A stretch of 64,000 nt of DNA from Nemertoderma westbladi (Eukaryota; Animalia; Xenacoelomorpha): assembly GCA_032718475.1 (NCBI GenBank), contig JAUCBJ010006846.1:24329-88328 (forward strand). The letters are read 5' to 3'. How positions within the stretch are numbered: the stretch's first letter is position 1; each line of letters starts with the position of its first letter. The notes below the pieces were generated by a model that saw nothing but the letters and a program-made list of their open reading frames with translations, was not told where the DNA came from and searched no databases. The position numbers and the translations under genes are program-made. Shown piece after piece: positions 12,559 to 27,500 of the stretch.

Positions 12559-15500
12559 AGGATTCTGTTGTCACTCGATTCGATTCTAATTAGTTTGAAG
12601 AACCTCACTGTTAATTATGATCTCAAACTACATAGGATTCTGTTGTCACGATTCGATTCTAATTAGTTTGAAGAACCTCACTGATAATTATGCTCTCAAA
12701 CTACATAGGATTCTGTTGTCACGATTCGATTCTATTTAGTTTGAAGAACCTCACTGTTAATTATGCTCTCAAACTACATAGGATTCTGTTGTCACGATTC
12801 GATTCTAATTAGTTTGAAGAACCTCACTGTTAATTATGCTCTCAAACTACATAGGATTCTGTTGTCACGATTCGATTATAATTAGTTTGAAGAACCTCAC
12901 TGTTAATTATGATCTCAAACTACATAGGATTCTGTTGTCACTCGATTCGATTCTAATTAGGTTGAAGAACCTCACTGTTAATTATGCTCTCAAACTACAT
13001 AGGATTCTGTTGTCACTCGATTCGATTCTAATTAGGTTGAAGAACCTCACTGCTAATTATGCTCTCAAACTACATAGGATTCTGTTGTCACTCGATTCGA
13101 TTCTAATTAGGTTGAAGAACCTCACTGTTAATTATGCTCTCAAACTACATAGGATTCTGTTGTCACTCGATTCGATTCTAATTAGGTTGAAGAACCTCAC
13201 TGTTAATTATGCTCTCAAACTACATAGGATTCTGTTGTCACTCGATTCGATTCTAATTAGTTTGAAGAACCTCACTGTTAATTATGCTCTCAAAATACAT
13301 AGGATTCTGTTGTCACTCGATTCGATTCTAATTAGGTTGAAGAACCTCACTGTTAATTATGCTCTCAAACTACATAGGATTCTGTTGTCACACGATTCGA
13401 TTCTAATTAGTTTGAAGAACCTCACTGCTAATTATGCTCTCAAACTACATAGGATTCTGTTGTCACACGATTCTATTATAATTAGTTTGAAGAATCTCAC
13501 TGTTAATTATGCTCTCAAACTACATAGGATTCTGTTGTCACTCGATTCGATTCTAATTAGGTTGAAGAACCTCACTGTTAATTATGCTCTCAAACTACAT
13601 AGGATTCTGTTGTCACTCGATTCGATTCTAATTAGGTTGAAGAACCTCACTGTTAATTATGCTCTCAAACTACATAGGATTCTGTTGTCACACGATTCGA
13701 TTCTAATTAGTTTGAAGAACCTCACTGATAATTATGCTCTCAAACTACATAGGATTCTGTTGTCACTCGATTCGATTCTAATTAGTTTGAAGAACCTCAC
13801 TGATAATTATGCTCTCAAATTACATAGGATTATGTTGTCACTCGATTCGATTCTAATTAGTTTGAAGAACCTCACTGTTAATTATGCTCTCAAACTACAT
13901 AGGATTCTGTTGTCACGATTCGATTCTAATTAGTTTGAAGAACCTCACTGTTAATTATGCTCTCAAACTACATAGGATTCTGTTGTCACGATTCGATTCT
14001 AATTAGTTTGAAGAACCTCACTGTTAATTATGATCTCAAACTACATAGGATTCTGTTGTCACTCGATTCGATTCTAATTAGGTTGAAGAACCTCACTGTT
14101 AATTATGCTCTCAAACTACATAGGATTCTGTTGTCACGATTCGATTATAATTAGTTTGAAGAACCTCACTGTTAATTATGCTCTCAAACTACATAGGATT
14201 CTGTTGTCACTCGATTCGATTCTAATTAGGTTGAAGAACCTCACTGTTAATTATGATCTCAAACTACATAGGATTCTGTTGTCACGATTCGATTCTAATT
14301 AGTTTGAAGAACCTCACTGTTAATTATGCTCTCAAACTACATAGGATTCTGTTGTCACGATTCGATTCTAATTAGTTTGAAGAACCTCACTGTTAATTAT
14401 GATCTCAAACTACATAGGATTCTGTTGTCACTCGATTCGATTCTAATTAGGTTGAAGAACCTCACTGTTAATTATGCTCTCAAACTACATAGGATTCTGT
14501 TGTCACTCGATTCGATTCTAATTAGGTTGAAGAACCTCACTGTTAATTATGCTCTCAAACTAAATAGGATTCTGTTGTCACTCGATTCGATTATAATTAG
14601 TTTGAAGAACCTCACTGTTAATTATGCTCTCAAAATACATAGGATTCTGTTGTCACTCGATTCGATTCTAATTAGGTTGAAGAACCTCACTGTTAATTAT
14701 GCTCTCAAACTACATAGGATTCTGTTGTCACGATTCGATTCTAATTAGTTTGAAGAACCTCACTGCTAATTATGCTCTCAAACTACATAGGATTCTGTTG
14801 TCACTCGATTCGATTATAATTAGTTTGAAGAACCTCACTGCTAATTATGCTCTCAAACTACATAGGATTCTGTTGTCACTCGATTCGATTATAATTAGTT
14901 TGAAGAACCTCACTGCTAATTATGCTCTCAAACTACATAGGATTCTGTTGTCACACGATTCGATTCTAATTAGTTTGAAGAACCTCACTGCTAATTATGC
15001 TCTCAAACTACATAGGATTCTGTTGTCACTCGATTCGATTATAATTAGTTTGAAGAACCTCACTGCTAATTATGCTCTCAAACTACATAGGATTCTGTTG
15101 TCACTCGATTCGATTCTAATTAGTTTGAAGAACCTCACTGTTAATTATGCTCTCAAATTACATAGGATTCTGTTGTCACTCGATTCGATTATAATTAGTT
15201 TGAAGAACCTCACTGTTAATTATGCTCTCAAACTACATAGGATTCTGTTGTCACTCGATTCGATTCTAATTAGTTTGAAGAACCTCACTGATAATTATGC
15301 TCTCAAATTACATAGGATTCTGTTGTCACTCGATTCGATTCTAATTAGTTTGAAGAACCTCACTGATAATTATGCTCTCAAACTACATAGGATTCTGTTG
15401 TCACTCGATTCGATTCTAATTAGTTTGAAGAACCTCACTGTTAATTATGCTCTCAAACTACATAGGATTCTGTTGTCACACGATTCGATTCTAATTAGTT

Positions 15501-18500
15501 TGAAGAACCTCACTGTTAATTATGCTCTCAAACTACATAGGATTCTGTTGTCACACGATTCGATTCTAATTAGTTTGAAGAACCTCACTGATAATTATGC
15601 TCTCAAATTACATAGGATTCTGTTGTCACTCGATTCGATTCTAATTAGTTTGAAGAACCTCACTGATAATTATGCTCTCAAACTACATAGGATTCTGTTG
15701 TCACTCGATTCGATTCTAATTAGTTTGAAGAACCTCACTGTTAATTATGCTCTCAAACTACATAGGATTCTGTTGTCACACGATTCGATTCTAATTAGTT
15801 TGAAGAACCTCACTGATAATTATGCTCTCAAACTACATAGGATTCTGTTGTCACTCGATTCGATTCTAATTAGTTTGAAGAACCTCACTGTTAATTATGC
15901 TCTCAAACTACATAGGATTCTGTTGTCACACGATTCGATTCTAATTAGTTTGAAGAACCTCACTGATAATTATGCTCTCAAACTACATAGGATTCTGTTG
16001 TCACTCGATTCGATTATAATTAGTTTGAAGAACCTCACTGTTAATTATGCTCTCAAACTACATAGGATTCTGTTGTCACACGATTCGATTCTAATTAGTT
16101 TGAAGAACCTCACTGTTAATTATGCTCTCAAACTACATAGGATTCTGTTGTCACACGATTCGATTCTAATTAGTTTGAAGAACCTCACTGATAATTATGC
16201 TCTCAAACTACATAGGATTCTGTTGTCACACGATTCGATTCTAATTAGTTTGAGGAACCTCACTGATAATTATGCTCTCAAACTACATAGGATTCTGTTG
16301 TCACTCGATTCGATTCTAATTAGTTTGAAGAACCTCACTGTTAATTATGCTCTCAAACTACATAGGATTCTGTTGTCACACGATTCGATTCTAATTAGTT
16401 TGAAGAACCTCACTGATAATTATGCTCTCAAACTACATAGGATTCTGTTGTCACTCGATTCGATTCTAATTAGTTTGAAGAACCTCACTGATAATTATGC
16501 TCTCAAATTACATAGGATTATGTTGTCACTCGATTCGATTCTAATTAGTTTGAAGAACCTCACTGATAATTATGCTCTCAAACTACATAGGATTCTGTTG
16601 TCACTCGATTCGATTCTAATTAGTTTGAAGAACCTCACTGATAATTATGCTCTCAAACTACATAGGATTCTGTTGTCACTCGATTCGATTCTAATTAGTT
16701 TGAAGAACCTCACTGATAATTATGCTCTCAAACTACATAGGATTCTGTTGTCACTCGATTCGATTCTAATTAGTTTGAAGAACCTCACTGATAATTATGC
16801 TCTCAAACTACATAGGATTCTGTTGTCACTCGATTCGATTCTAATTAGTTTGAAGAACCTCACTGATAATTATGCTCTCAAACTACATAGGATTCTGTTG
16901 TCACTCGATTCGATTCTAATTAGTTTGAAGAACCTCACTGCTAATTATGCTCTCAAACTACATAGGATTCTGTTGTCACGATTCGATTATAACTAGGTTG
17001 AAGAACCTCACTGTTAATTATGCTCTCAAACTACATAGGATTCTGTTGTCACTCGATTCGATTCTAATTAGTTTGAAGAACCTCACTGTTAATTATGCTC
17101 TCAAACTACATAGGATTCTGTTGTCACTCGATTCGATTCTAATTAGTTTGAAGAACCTCACTGTTAATTATGCTCTCAAACTACATAGGATTCTGTTGTC
17201 ACTCGATTCGATTCTAATTAGTTTGAAGAACCTCACTGATAATTATGATCTCAAACTACATAGGATTCTGTTGTCACTCGATTCGATTCTAATTAGTTTG
17301 AAGAACCTCACTGCTAATTATGCTCTCAAACTACATAGGATTCTGTTGTCACTCGATTCGATTATAATTAGTTTGAAGAACCTCACTGTTAATTATGCTC
17401 TCAAACTACATAGGATTCTGTTGTCACTCGATTCGATTCTAATTAGGTTGAAGAACCTCACTGTTAATTATGCTCTCAAACTACATAGGATTCTGTTGTC
17501 ACTCGATTCGATTCTAATTAGTTTGAAGAACCTCACTGTTAATTATGCTCTCAAACTACATAGGATTCTGTTGTCACTCGATTCGATTATAATTAGGTTG
17601 AAGAACCTCACTGTTAATTATGATCTCAAACTACATAGGATTCTGTTGTCACTCGATTCGATTCTAATTAGGTTGAAGAACCTCACTGTTAATTATGCTC
17701 TCAAACTACATAGGATTCTGTTGTCACTCGATTCGATTAAATTAGGTTGAAGAACCTCACTGTTAATTATGATCTCAAACTACATAGGATTCTGTTGTCA
17801 CTCGATTCGATTCTATTTAGTTTGAAAAACCTCACTGTTAATTATGCTCTCAAACTACATAGGATTCTGTTGTCACTCGATTCGATTATAATTAGTTTGA
17901 AAAACCTCACTGTTAATTATGCTCTCAAACTACATAGGATTCTGTTGTCACGATTCGATTCTAATTAGTTTGAAGAACCTCACTGTTAATTATGATCTCA
18001 AACTACATAGGATTCTGTTGTCACACGATTCGATTCTAATTAGTTTGAAGAACCTCACTGTTAATTATGCTCTCAAACTACATAGGATTCTGTTGTCACG
18101 ATTCGATTAAATTAGGTTGAAGAACCTCACTGTTAATTATGATCTCAAACTACGTAGGATTCTGTTGTCACTCGATTCGATTAAATTAGGTTGAAGAACC
18201 TCACTGTTAATTATGATCTCAAACTACATAGGATTCTGTTGTCACTCGATTCGATTCTATTTAGTTTGAAAAACCTCACTGTTAATTATGCTCTCAAACT
18301 ACATAGGATTCTGTTGTCACTCGATTCGATTATAATTAGGTTGAAGAACCTCACTGCTAATTATGCTCTCAAACTACATAGGATTCTGTTGTCACTCGAT
18401 TCGATTATAATTAGTTTGAAAAACCTCACTGTTAATTATGCTCTCAAACTACATAGGATTCTGTTGTCACTCGATTCGATTCTAATTAGGTTGAAGAACC

Positions 18501-21500
18501 TCACTGTTAATTATGCTCTCAAACTACATAGGATTCTGTTGTCACTCGATTCGATTAAATTAGGTTGAAGAACCTCACTGTTAATTATGATCTCAAACTA
18601 CATAGGATTCTGTTGTCACTCGATTCGATTCTATTTAGTTTGAAAAACCTCACTGTTAATTATGCTCTCAAACTACATAGGATTCTGTTGTCACTCGATT
18701 CGATTAAATTAGTTTGAAGAACCTCACTGCTAATTATGCTCTCAAAATACATAGGATTCTGTTGTCACACGATTCGATTCTAATTAGTTTGAAGAACCTC
18801 ACTGTTAATTATGCTCTCAAATTACATAGGATTATGTTGTCACTCGATTCGATTCTAATTAGTTTGAAGAACCTCACTGTTAATTATGCTCTCAAATTAC
18901 ATAGGATTCTGTTGTCACTCGATTCGATTATAATTAGTTTGAAGAACCTCACTGTTAATTATGCTCTCAAACTACATAGGATTCTGTTGTCACTCGATTC
19001 GATTCTAATTAGTTTGAAGAACCTCACTGTTAATTATGCTCTCAAACTACATAGGATTCTGTTGTCACACGATTCGATTCTAATTAGTTTGAAGAACCTC
19101 ACTGTTAATTATGCTCTCAAACTACATAGGATTCTGTTGTCACACGATTCGATTCTAATTAGTTTGAAGAACCTCACTGATAATTATGCTCTCAAATTAC
19201 ATAGGATTCTGTTGTCACTCGATTCGATTCTAATTAGTTTGAAGAACCTCACTGATAATTATGCTCTCAAATTACATAGGATTCTGTTGTCACTCGATTC
19301 GATTCTAATTAGTTTGAAGAACCTCACTGTTAATTATGCTCTCAAACTACATAGGATTCTGTTGTCACACGATTCGATTCTAATTAGTTTGAAGAACCTC
19401 ACTGTTAATTATGCTCTCAAATTACATAGGATTCTGTTGTCACTCGATTCGATTCTAATTAGTTTGAAGAACCTCACTGTTAATTATGCTCTCAAACTAC
19501 ATAGGATTCTGTTGTCACACGATTCGATTCTAATTAGTTTGAAGAACCTCACTGTTAATTATGCTCTCAAACTACATAGGATTCTGTTGTCACACGATTC
19601 GATTCTAATTAGTTTGAAGAACCTCACTGATAATTATGCTCTCAAATTACATAGGATTCTGTTGTCACTCGATTCGATTCTAATTAGTTTGAAGAACCTC
19701 ACTGATAATTATGCTCTCAAACTACATAGGATTCTGTTGTCACTCGATTCGATTCTAATTAGTTTGAAGAACCTCACTGTTAATTATGCTCTCAAACTAC
19801 ATAGGATTCTGTTGTCACACGATTCGATTCTAATTAGTTTGAAGAACCTCACTGTTAATTATGCTCTCAAACTACATAGGATTCTGTTGTCACGATTCGA
19901 TTCTAATTAGTTTGAAGAACCTCACTGTTAATTATGCTCTCAAACTACATAGGATTCTGTTGTCACTCGATTCGATTCTAATTAGGTTGAAGAACCTCAC
20001 TGTTAATTATGCTCTCAAACTACATAGGATTCTGTTGTCACTCGATTCGATTCTAATTAGTTTGAAGAACCTCACTGATAATTATGCTCTCAAACTACAT
20101 AGGATTCTGTTGTCACTCGATTCGATTCTAATTAGTTTGAAGAACCTCACTGCTAATTATGCTCTCAAACTACATAGGATTCTGTTGTCACTCGATTCGA
20201 TTATAATTAGTTTGAAGAACCTCACTGATAATTATGCTCTCAAACTACATAGGATTCTGTTGTCACTCGATTCGATTCTAATTAGTTTGAAGAACCTCAC
20301 TGATAATTATGCTCTCAAACTACATAGGATTCTGTTGTCACTCGATTCGATTCTAATTAGTTTGAAGAACCTCACTGTTAATTATGCTCTCAAACTACAT
20401 AGGATTCTGTTGTCACACGATTCGATTCTAATTAGTTTGAAGAACCTCACTGATAATTATGCTCTCAAACTACATAGGATTCTGTTGTCACTCGATTCGA
20501 TTCTAATTAGTTTGAAGAACCTCACTGCTAATTATGCTCTCAAACTACATAGGATTCTGTTGTCACTCGATTCGATTATAATTAGTTTGAAGAACCTCAC
20601 TGATAATTATGCTCTCAAACTATATAGGATTCTGTTGTCACTCGATTCGATTCTAATTAGTTTGAAGAACCTCACTGATAATTATGCTCTCAAATTACAT
20701 AGGATTCTGTTGTCACTCGATTCGATTCTAATTAGTTTGAAGAACCTCACTGTTAATTATGCTCTCAAACTACATAGGATTCTGTTGTCACACGATTCGA
20801 TTCTAATTAGTTTGAAGAACCTCACTGTTAATTATGCTCTCAAACTACATAGGATTCTGTTGTCACACGATTCGATTCTAATTAGTTTGAAGAACCTCAC
20901 TGATAATTATGCTCTCAAATTACATAGGATTCTGTTGTCACTCGATTCGATTCTAATTAGTTTGAAGAACCTCACTGATAATTATGCTCTCAAACTACAT
21001 AGGATTCTGTTGTCACTCGATTCGATTCTAATTAGTTTGAAGAACCTCACTGTTAATTATGCTCTCAAACTACATAGGATTCTGTTGTCACACGATTCGA
21101 TTCTAATTAGTTTGAAGAACCTCACTGTTAATTATGCTCTCAAACTACATAGGATTCTGTTGTCACACGATTCGATTCTAATTAGTTTGAAGAACCTCAC
21201 TGATAATTATGCTCTCAAATTACATAGGATTCTGTTGTCACTCGATTCGATTCTAATTAGTTTGAAGAACCTCACTGATAATTATGCTCTCAAACTACAT
21301 AGGATTCTGTTGTCACTCGATTCGATTCTAATTAGTTTGAAGAACCTCACTGTTAATTATGCTCTCAAACTACATAGGATTCTGTTGTCACACGATTCGA
21401 TTCTAATTAGTTTGAAGAACCTCACTGTTAATTATGCTCTCAAACTACATAGGATTCTGTTGTCACGATTCGATTCTAATTAGTTTGAAGAACCTCACTG

Positions 21501-24500
21501 TTAATTATGCTCTCAAACTACATAGGATTCTGTTGTCACTCGATTCGATTCTAATTAGGTTGAAGAACCTCACTGTTAATTATGCTCTCAAACTACATAG
21601 GATTCTGTTGTCACTCGATTCGATTCTAATTAGTTTGAAGAACCTCACTGATAATTATGCTCTCAAACTACATAGGATTCTGTTGTCACTCGATTCGATT
21701 CTAATTAGTTTGAAGAACCTCACTGCTAATTATGCTCTCAAACTACATAGGATTCTGTTGTCACTCGATTCGATTATAATTAGTTTGAAGAACCTCACTG
21801 ATAATTATGCTCTCAAACTACATAGGATTCTGTTGTCACTCGATTCGATTCTAATTAGTTTGAAGAACCTCACTGATAATTATGCTCTCAAACTACATAG
21901 GATTCTGTTGTCACTCGATTCGATTCTAATTAGTTTGAAGAACCTCACTGTTAATTATACTCTCAAACTACATAGGATTCTGTTGTCACTCGATTCGATT
22001 CTAATTAGGTTGAAGAACCTCACTGTTAATTATGCTCTCAAACTACATAGGATTCTGTTGTCAATCGATTCGATTCTAATTAGGTTGAAGAACCTCACTG
22101 ATAATTATGCTCTCAAACTACATAGGATTCTGTTGTCACTCGATTCGATTCTAATTAGTTTGAAGAACCTCACTGTTAATTATGCTCTCAAACTACATAG
22201 GATTCTGTTGTCACACGATTCGATTCTAATTAGTTTGAAGAACCTCACTGATAATTATGCTCTCAAACTACATAGGATTCTGTTGTCACTCGATTCGATT
22301 ATAATTAGTTTGAAGAACCTCACTGTTAATTATGCTCTCAAACTACATAGGATTCTGTTGTCACACGATTCGATTCTAATTAGTTTGAAGAACCTCACTG
22401 TTAATTATGCTCTCAAACTACATAGGATTCTGTTGTCACACGATTCGATTCTAATTAGTTTGAAGAACCTCACTGATAATTATGCTCTCAAACTACATAG
22501 GATTCTGTTGTCACACGATTCGATTCTAATTAGTTTGAAGAACCTCACTGATAATTATGCTCTCAAACTACATAGGATTCTGTTGTCACTCGATTCGATT
22601 CTAATTAGTTTGAAGAACCTCACTGTTAATTATGCTCTCAAACTACATAGGATTCTGTTGTCACACGATTCGATTCTAATTAGTTTGAAGAACCTCACTG
22701 ATAATTATGCTCTCAAACTACATAGGATTCTGTTGTCACTCGATTCGATTCTAATTAGTTTGAAGAACCTCACTGATAATTATGCTCTCAAATTACATAG
22801 GATTATGTTGTCACTCGATTCGATTCTAATTAGTTTGAAGAACCTCACTGATAATTATGCTCTCAAACTACATAGGATTCTGTTGTCACTCGATTCGATT
22901 CTAATTAGTTTGAAGAACCTCACTGCTAATTATGCTCTCAAACTACATAGGATTCTGCTGTCACGATTCGATTATAACTAGGTTGAAGAACCTCACTGTT
23001 AATTATGCTCTCAAACTACATAGGATTCTGTTGTCACGATTCGATTCTAATTAGTTTGAAGAACCTCACTGTTAATTATGCTCTCAAACTACATAGGATT
23101 CTGTTGTCACTCGATTCGATTCTAATTAGGTTGAAGAACCTCACTGTTAATTATGCTCTCAAACTACATAGGATTCTGTTGTCACTCGATTCGATTCTAA
23201 TTAGTTTGAAGAACCTCACTGATAATTATGCTCTCAAACTACATAGGATTCTGTTGTCACTCGATTCGATTCTAATTAGTTTGAAGAACCTCACTGCTAA
23301 TTATGCTCTCAAACTACATAGGATTCTGTTGTCACTCGATTCGATTATAATTAGTTTGAAGAACCTCACTGTTAATTATACTCTCAAACTACATAGGATT
23401 CTGTTGTCACTCGATTCGATTCTAATTAGGTTGAAGAACCTCACTGTTAATTATGCTCTCAAACTACATAGGATTCTGTTGTCACTCGATTCGATTATAA
23501 TTAGTTTGAAAAACCTCACTGTTAATTATGCTCTCAAACTACATAGGATTCTGTTGTCACTCGATTCGATTAAATTAGGTTGAAGAACCTCACTGTTAAT
23601 TATGATCTCAAACTACATAGGATTCTGTTGTCACTCGATTCGATTCTAATTAGGTTGAAGAACCTCACTGTTAATTATGCTCTCAAACTACATAGGATTC
23701 TGTTGTCACTCGATTCGATTCTAATTAGGTTGAAGAACCTCAATGTTAATTATGCTCTCAAACTACATAGGATTCTGTTGTCACTCGATTCGATTATAAT
23801 TAGTTTGAAGAACCTCACTGATAATTATGCTCTCAAACTACATAGGATTCTGTTGTCACTCGATTCGATTCTAATTAGTTTGAAGAACCTCACTGATAAT
23901 TATGCTCTCAAACTACATAGGATTCTGTTGTCACTCGATTCGATTCTAATTAGTTTGAAGAACCTCACTGTTAATTATACTCTCAAACTACATAGGATTC
24001 TGTTGTCACTCGATTCGATTCTAATTAGGTTGAAGAACCTCACTGTTAATTATGCTCTCAAACTACATAGGATTCTGTTGTCAATCGATTCGATTCTAAT
24101 TAGGTTGAAGAACCTCACTGATAATTATGCTCTCAAACTACATAGGATTCTGTTGTCACTCGATTCGATTCTAATTAGTTTGAAGAACCTCACTGTTAAT
24201 TATGCTCTCAAACTACATAGGATTCTGTTGTCACACGATTCGATTCTAATTAGTTTGAAGAACCTCACTGATAATTATGCTCTCAAACTACATAGGATTC
24301 TGTTGTCACTCGATTCGATTATAATTAGTTTGAAGAACCTCACTGTTAATTATGCTCTCAAACTACATAGGATTCTGTTGTCACACGATTCGATTCTAAT
24401 TAGTTTGAAGAACCTCACTGTTAATTATGCTCTCAAACTACATAGGATTCTGTTGTCACACGATTCGATTCTAATTAGTTTGAAGAACCTCACTGATAAT

Positions 24501-27500
24501 TATGCTCTCAAACTACATAGGATTCTGTTGTCACACGATTCGATTCTAATTAGTTTGAAGAACCTCACTGATAATTATGCTCTCAAACTACATAGGATTC
24601 TGTTGTCACTCGATTCGATTCTAATTAGTTTGAAGAACCTCACTGTTAATTATGCTCTCAAACTACATAGGATTCTGTTGTCACACGATTCGATTCTAAT
24701 TAGTTTGAAGAACCTCACTGATAATTATGCTCTCAAACTACATAGGATTCTGTTGTCACTCGATTCGATTCTAATTAGTTTGAAGAACCTCACTGATAAT
24801 TATGCTCTCAAATTACATAGGATTATGTTGTCACTCGATTCGATTCTAATTAGTTTGAAGAACCTCACTGATAATTATGCTCTCAAACTACATAGGATTC
24901 TGTTGTCACTCGATTCGATTCTAATTAGTTTGAAGAACCTCACTGCTAATTATGCTCTCAAACTACATAGGATTCTGCTGTCACGATTCGATTATAACTA
25001 GGTTGAAGAACCTCACTGTTAATTATGCTCTCAAACTACATAGGATTCTGTTGTCACGATTCGATTCTAATTAGTTTGAAGAACCTCACTGTTAATTATG
25101 CTCTCAAACTACATAGGATTCTGTTGTCACTCGATTCGATTCTAATTAGGTTGAAGAACCTCACTGTTAATTATGCTCTCAAACTACATAGGATTCTGTT
25201 GTCACTCGATTCGATTCTAATTAGTTTGAAGAACCTCACTGATAATTATGCTCTCAAACTACATAGGATTCTGTTGTCACTCGATTCGATTCTAATTAGT
25301 TTGAAGAACCTCACTGCTAATTATGCTCTCAAACTACATAGGATTCTGTTGTCACTCGATTCGATTATAATTAGTTTGAAGAACCTCACTGTTAATTATA
25401 CTCTCAAACTACATAGGATTCTGTTGTCACTCGATTCGATTCTAATTAGGTTGAAGAACCTCACTGTTAATTATGCTCTCAAACTACATAGGATTCTGTT
25501 GTCACTCGATTCGATTATAATTAGTTTGAAAAACCTCACTGTTAATTATGCTCTCAAACTACATAGGATTCTGTTGTCACTCGATTCGATTAAATTAGGT
25601 TGAAGAACCTCACTGTTAATTATGATCTCAAACTACATAGGATTCTGTTGTCACTCGATTCGATTCTAATTAGGTTGAAGAACCTCACTGTTAATTATGC
25701 TCTCAAACTACATAGGATTCTGTTGTCACTCGATTCGATTCTAATTAGGTTGAAGAACCTCAATGTTAATTATGCTCTCAAACTACATAGGATTCTGTTG
25801 TCACTCGATTCGATTCTAATTAGGTTGAAGAACCTCACTGTTAATTATGATCTCAAACTACATAGGATTCTGTTGTCACGATTCGATTCTAATTAGTTTG
25901 AAGAACCTCACTGTTAATTATGCTCTCAAACTACATAGGATTCTGTTGTCACGATTCGATTCTAATTAGTTTGAAGAACCTCACTGCTAATTATGCTCTC
26001 AAACTACATAGGATTCTGTTGTCGCGATTCGATTCTAATTAGTTTGAAGAACCTCACTGCTAATTATGCTCTCAAACTACATAGGATTCTGTTGTCACGA
26101 TTCGATTCTAATTAGTTTGAAGAACCTCACTGCTAATTATGCTCTCAAACTACATAGGATTCTGTTGTCACTCGATTCGAATCTAATTAGGTTGAAGAAC
26201 CTCACTGTTAATTATGATCTCAAACTACATAGGATTCTGTTGTCACTCGATTCGATTCTAATTAGGTTGAAGAACCTCACTGTTAATTATGCTCTCAAAC
26301 TACATAGGATTCTGTTGTCACGATTCGATTATAATTAGTTTGAAGAACCTCACTGTTAATTATGCTCTCAAACTACATAGGATTCTGTTGTCACACGATT
26401 CGATTCTAATTAGTTTGAAGAACCTCACTGTTAATTATGCTCTCAAACTACATAGGATTCTGTTGTCACACGATTCGATTCTAATTAGTTTGAAGAACCT
26501 CACTGATAATTATGCTCTCAAACTACATAGGATTCTGTTGTCACACGATTCGATTCTAATTAGTTTGAAGAACCTCACTGATAATTATGCTCTCAAACTA
26601 CATAGGATTCTGTTGTCACTCGATTCGATTCTAATTAGTTTGAAGAACCTCACTGTTAATTATGCTCTCAAACTACATAGGATTCTGTTGTCACACGATT
26701 CGATTCTAATTAGTTTGAAGAACCTCACTGATAATTATGCTCTCAAACTACATAGGATTCTGTTGTCACTCGATTCGATTCTAATTAGTTTGAAGAACCT
26801 CACTGATAATTATGCTCTCAAATTACATAGGATTATGTTGTCACTCGATTCGATTCTAATTAGTTTGAAGAACCTCACTGATAATTATGCTCTCAAACTA
26901 CATAGGATTCTGTTGTCACTCGATTCGATTCTAATTAGTTTGAAGAACCTCACTGCTAATTATGCTCTCAAACTACATAGGATTCTGTTGTCACGATTCG
27001 ATTATAACTGGGTTGAAGAACCTCACTGTTAATTATGCTCTCAAACTACATAGGATTCTGTTGTCACGATTCGATTCTAATTAGTTTGAAGAACCTCACT
27101 GTTAATTATGCTCTCAAACTACATAGGATTCTGTTGTCACTCGATTCGATTCTAATTAGGTTGAAGAACCTCACTGTTAATTATGCTCTCAAACTACATA
27201 GGATTCTGTTGTCACTCGATTCGATTCTAATTAGTTTGAAGAACCTCACTGATAATTATGCTCTCAAACTACATAGGATTCTGTTGTCACTCGATTCGAT
27301 TCTAATTAGTTTGAAGAACCTCACTGCTAATTATGCTCTCAAACTACATAGGATTCTGTTGTCACTCGATTCGATTATAATTAGTTTGAAGAACCTCACT
27401 GTTAATTATACTCTCAAACTACATAGGATTCTGTTGTCACTCGATTCGATTCTAATTAGGTTGAAGAACCTCACTGTTAATTATGCTCTCAAACTACATA

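Noticed and set aside
12559-12633. Hammerhead ribozyme in the satellite monomer (as in some animal satellites)
   Set aside because: No CTGANGA plus GAAA core on either strand; the ctgataa variant does not fit.
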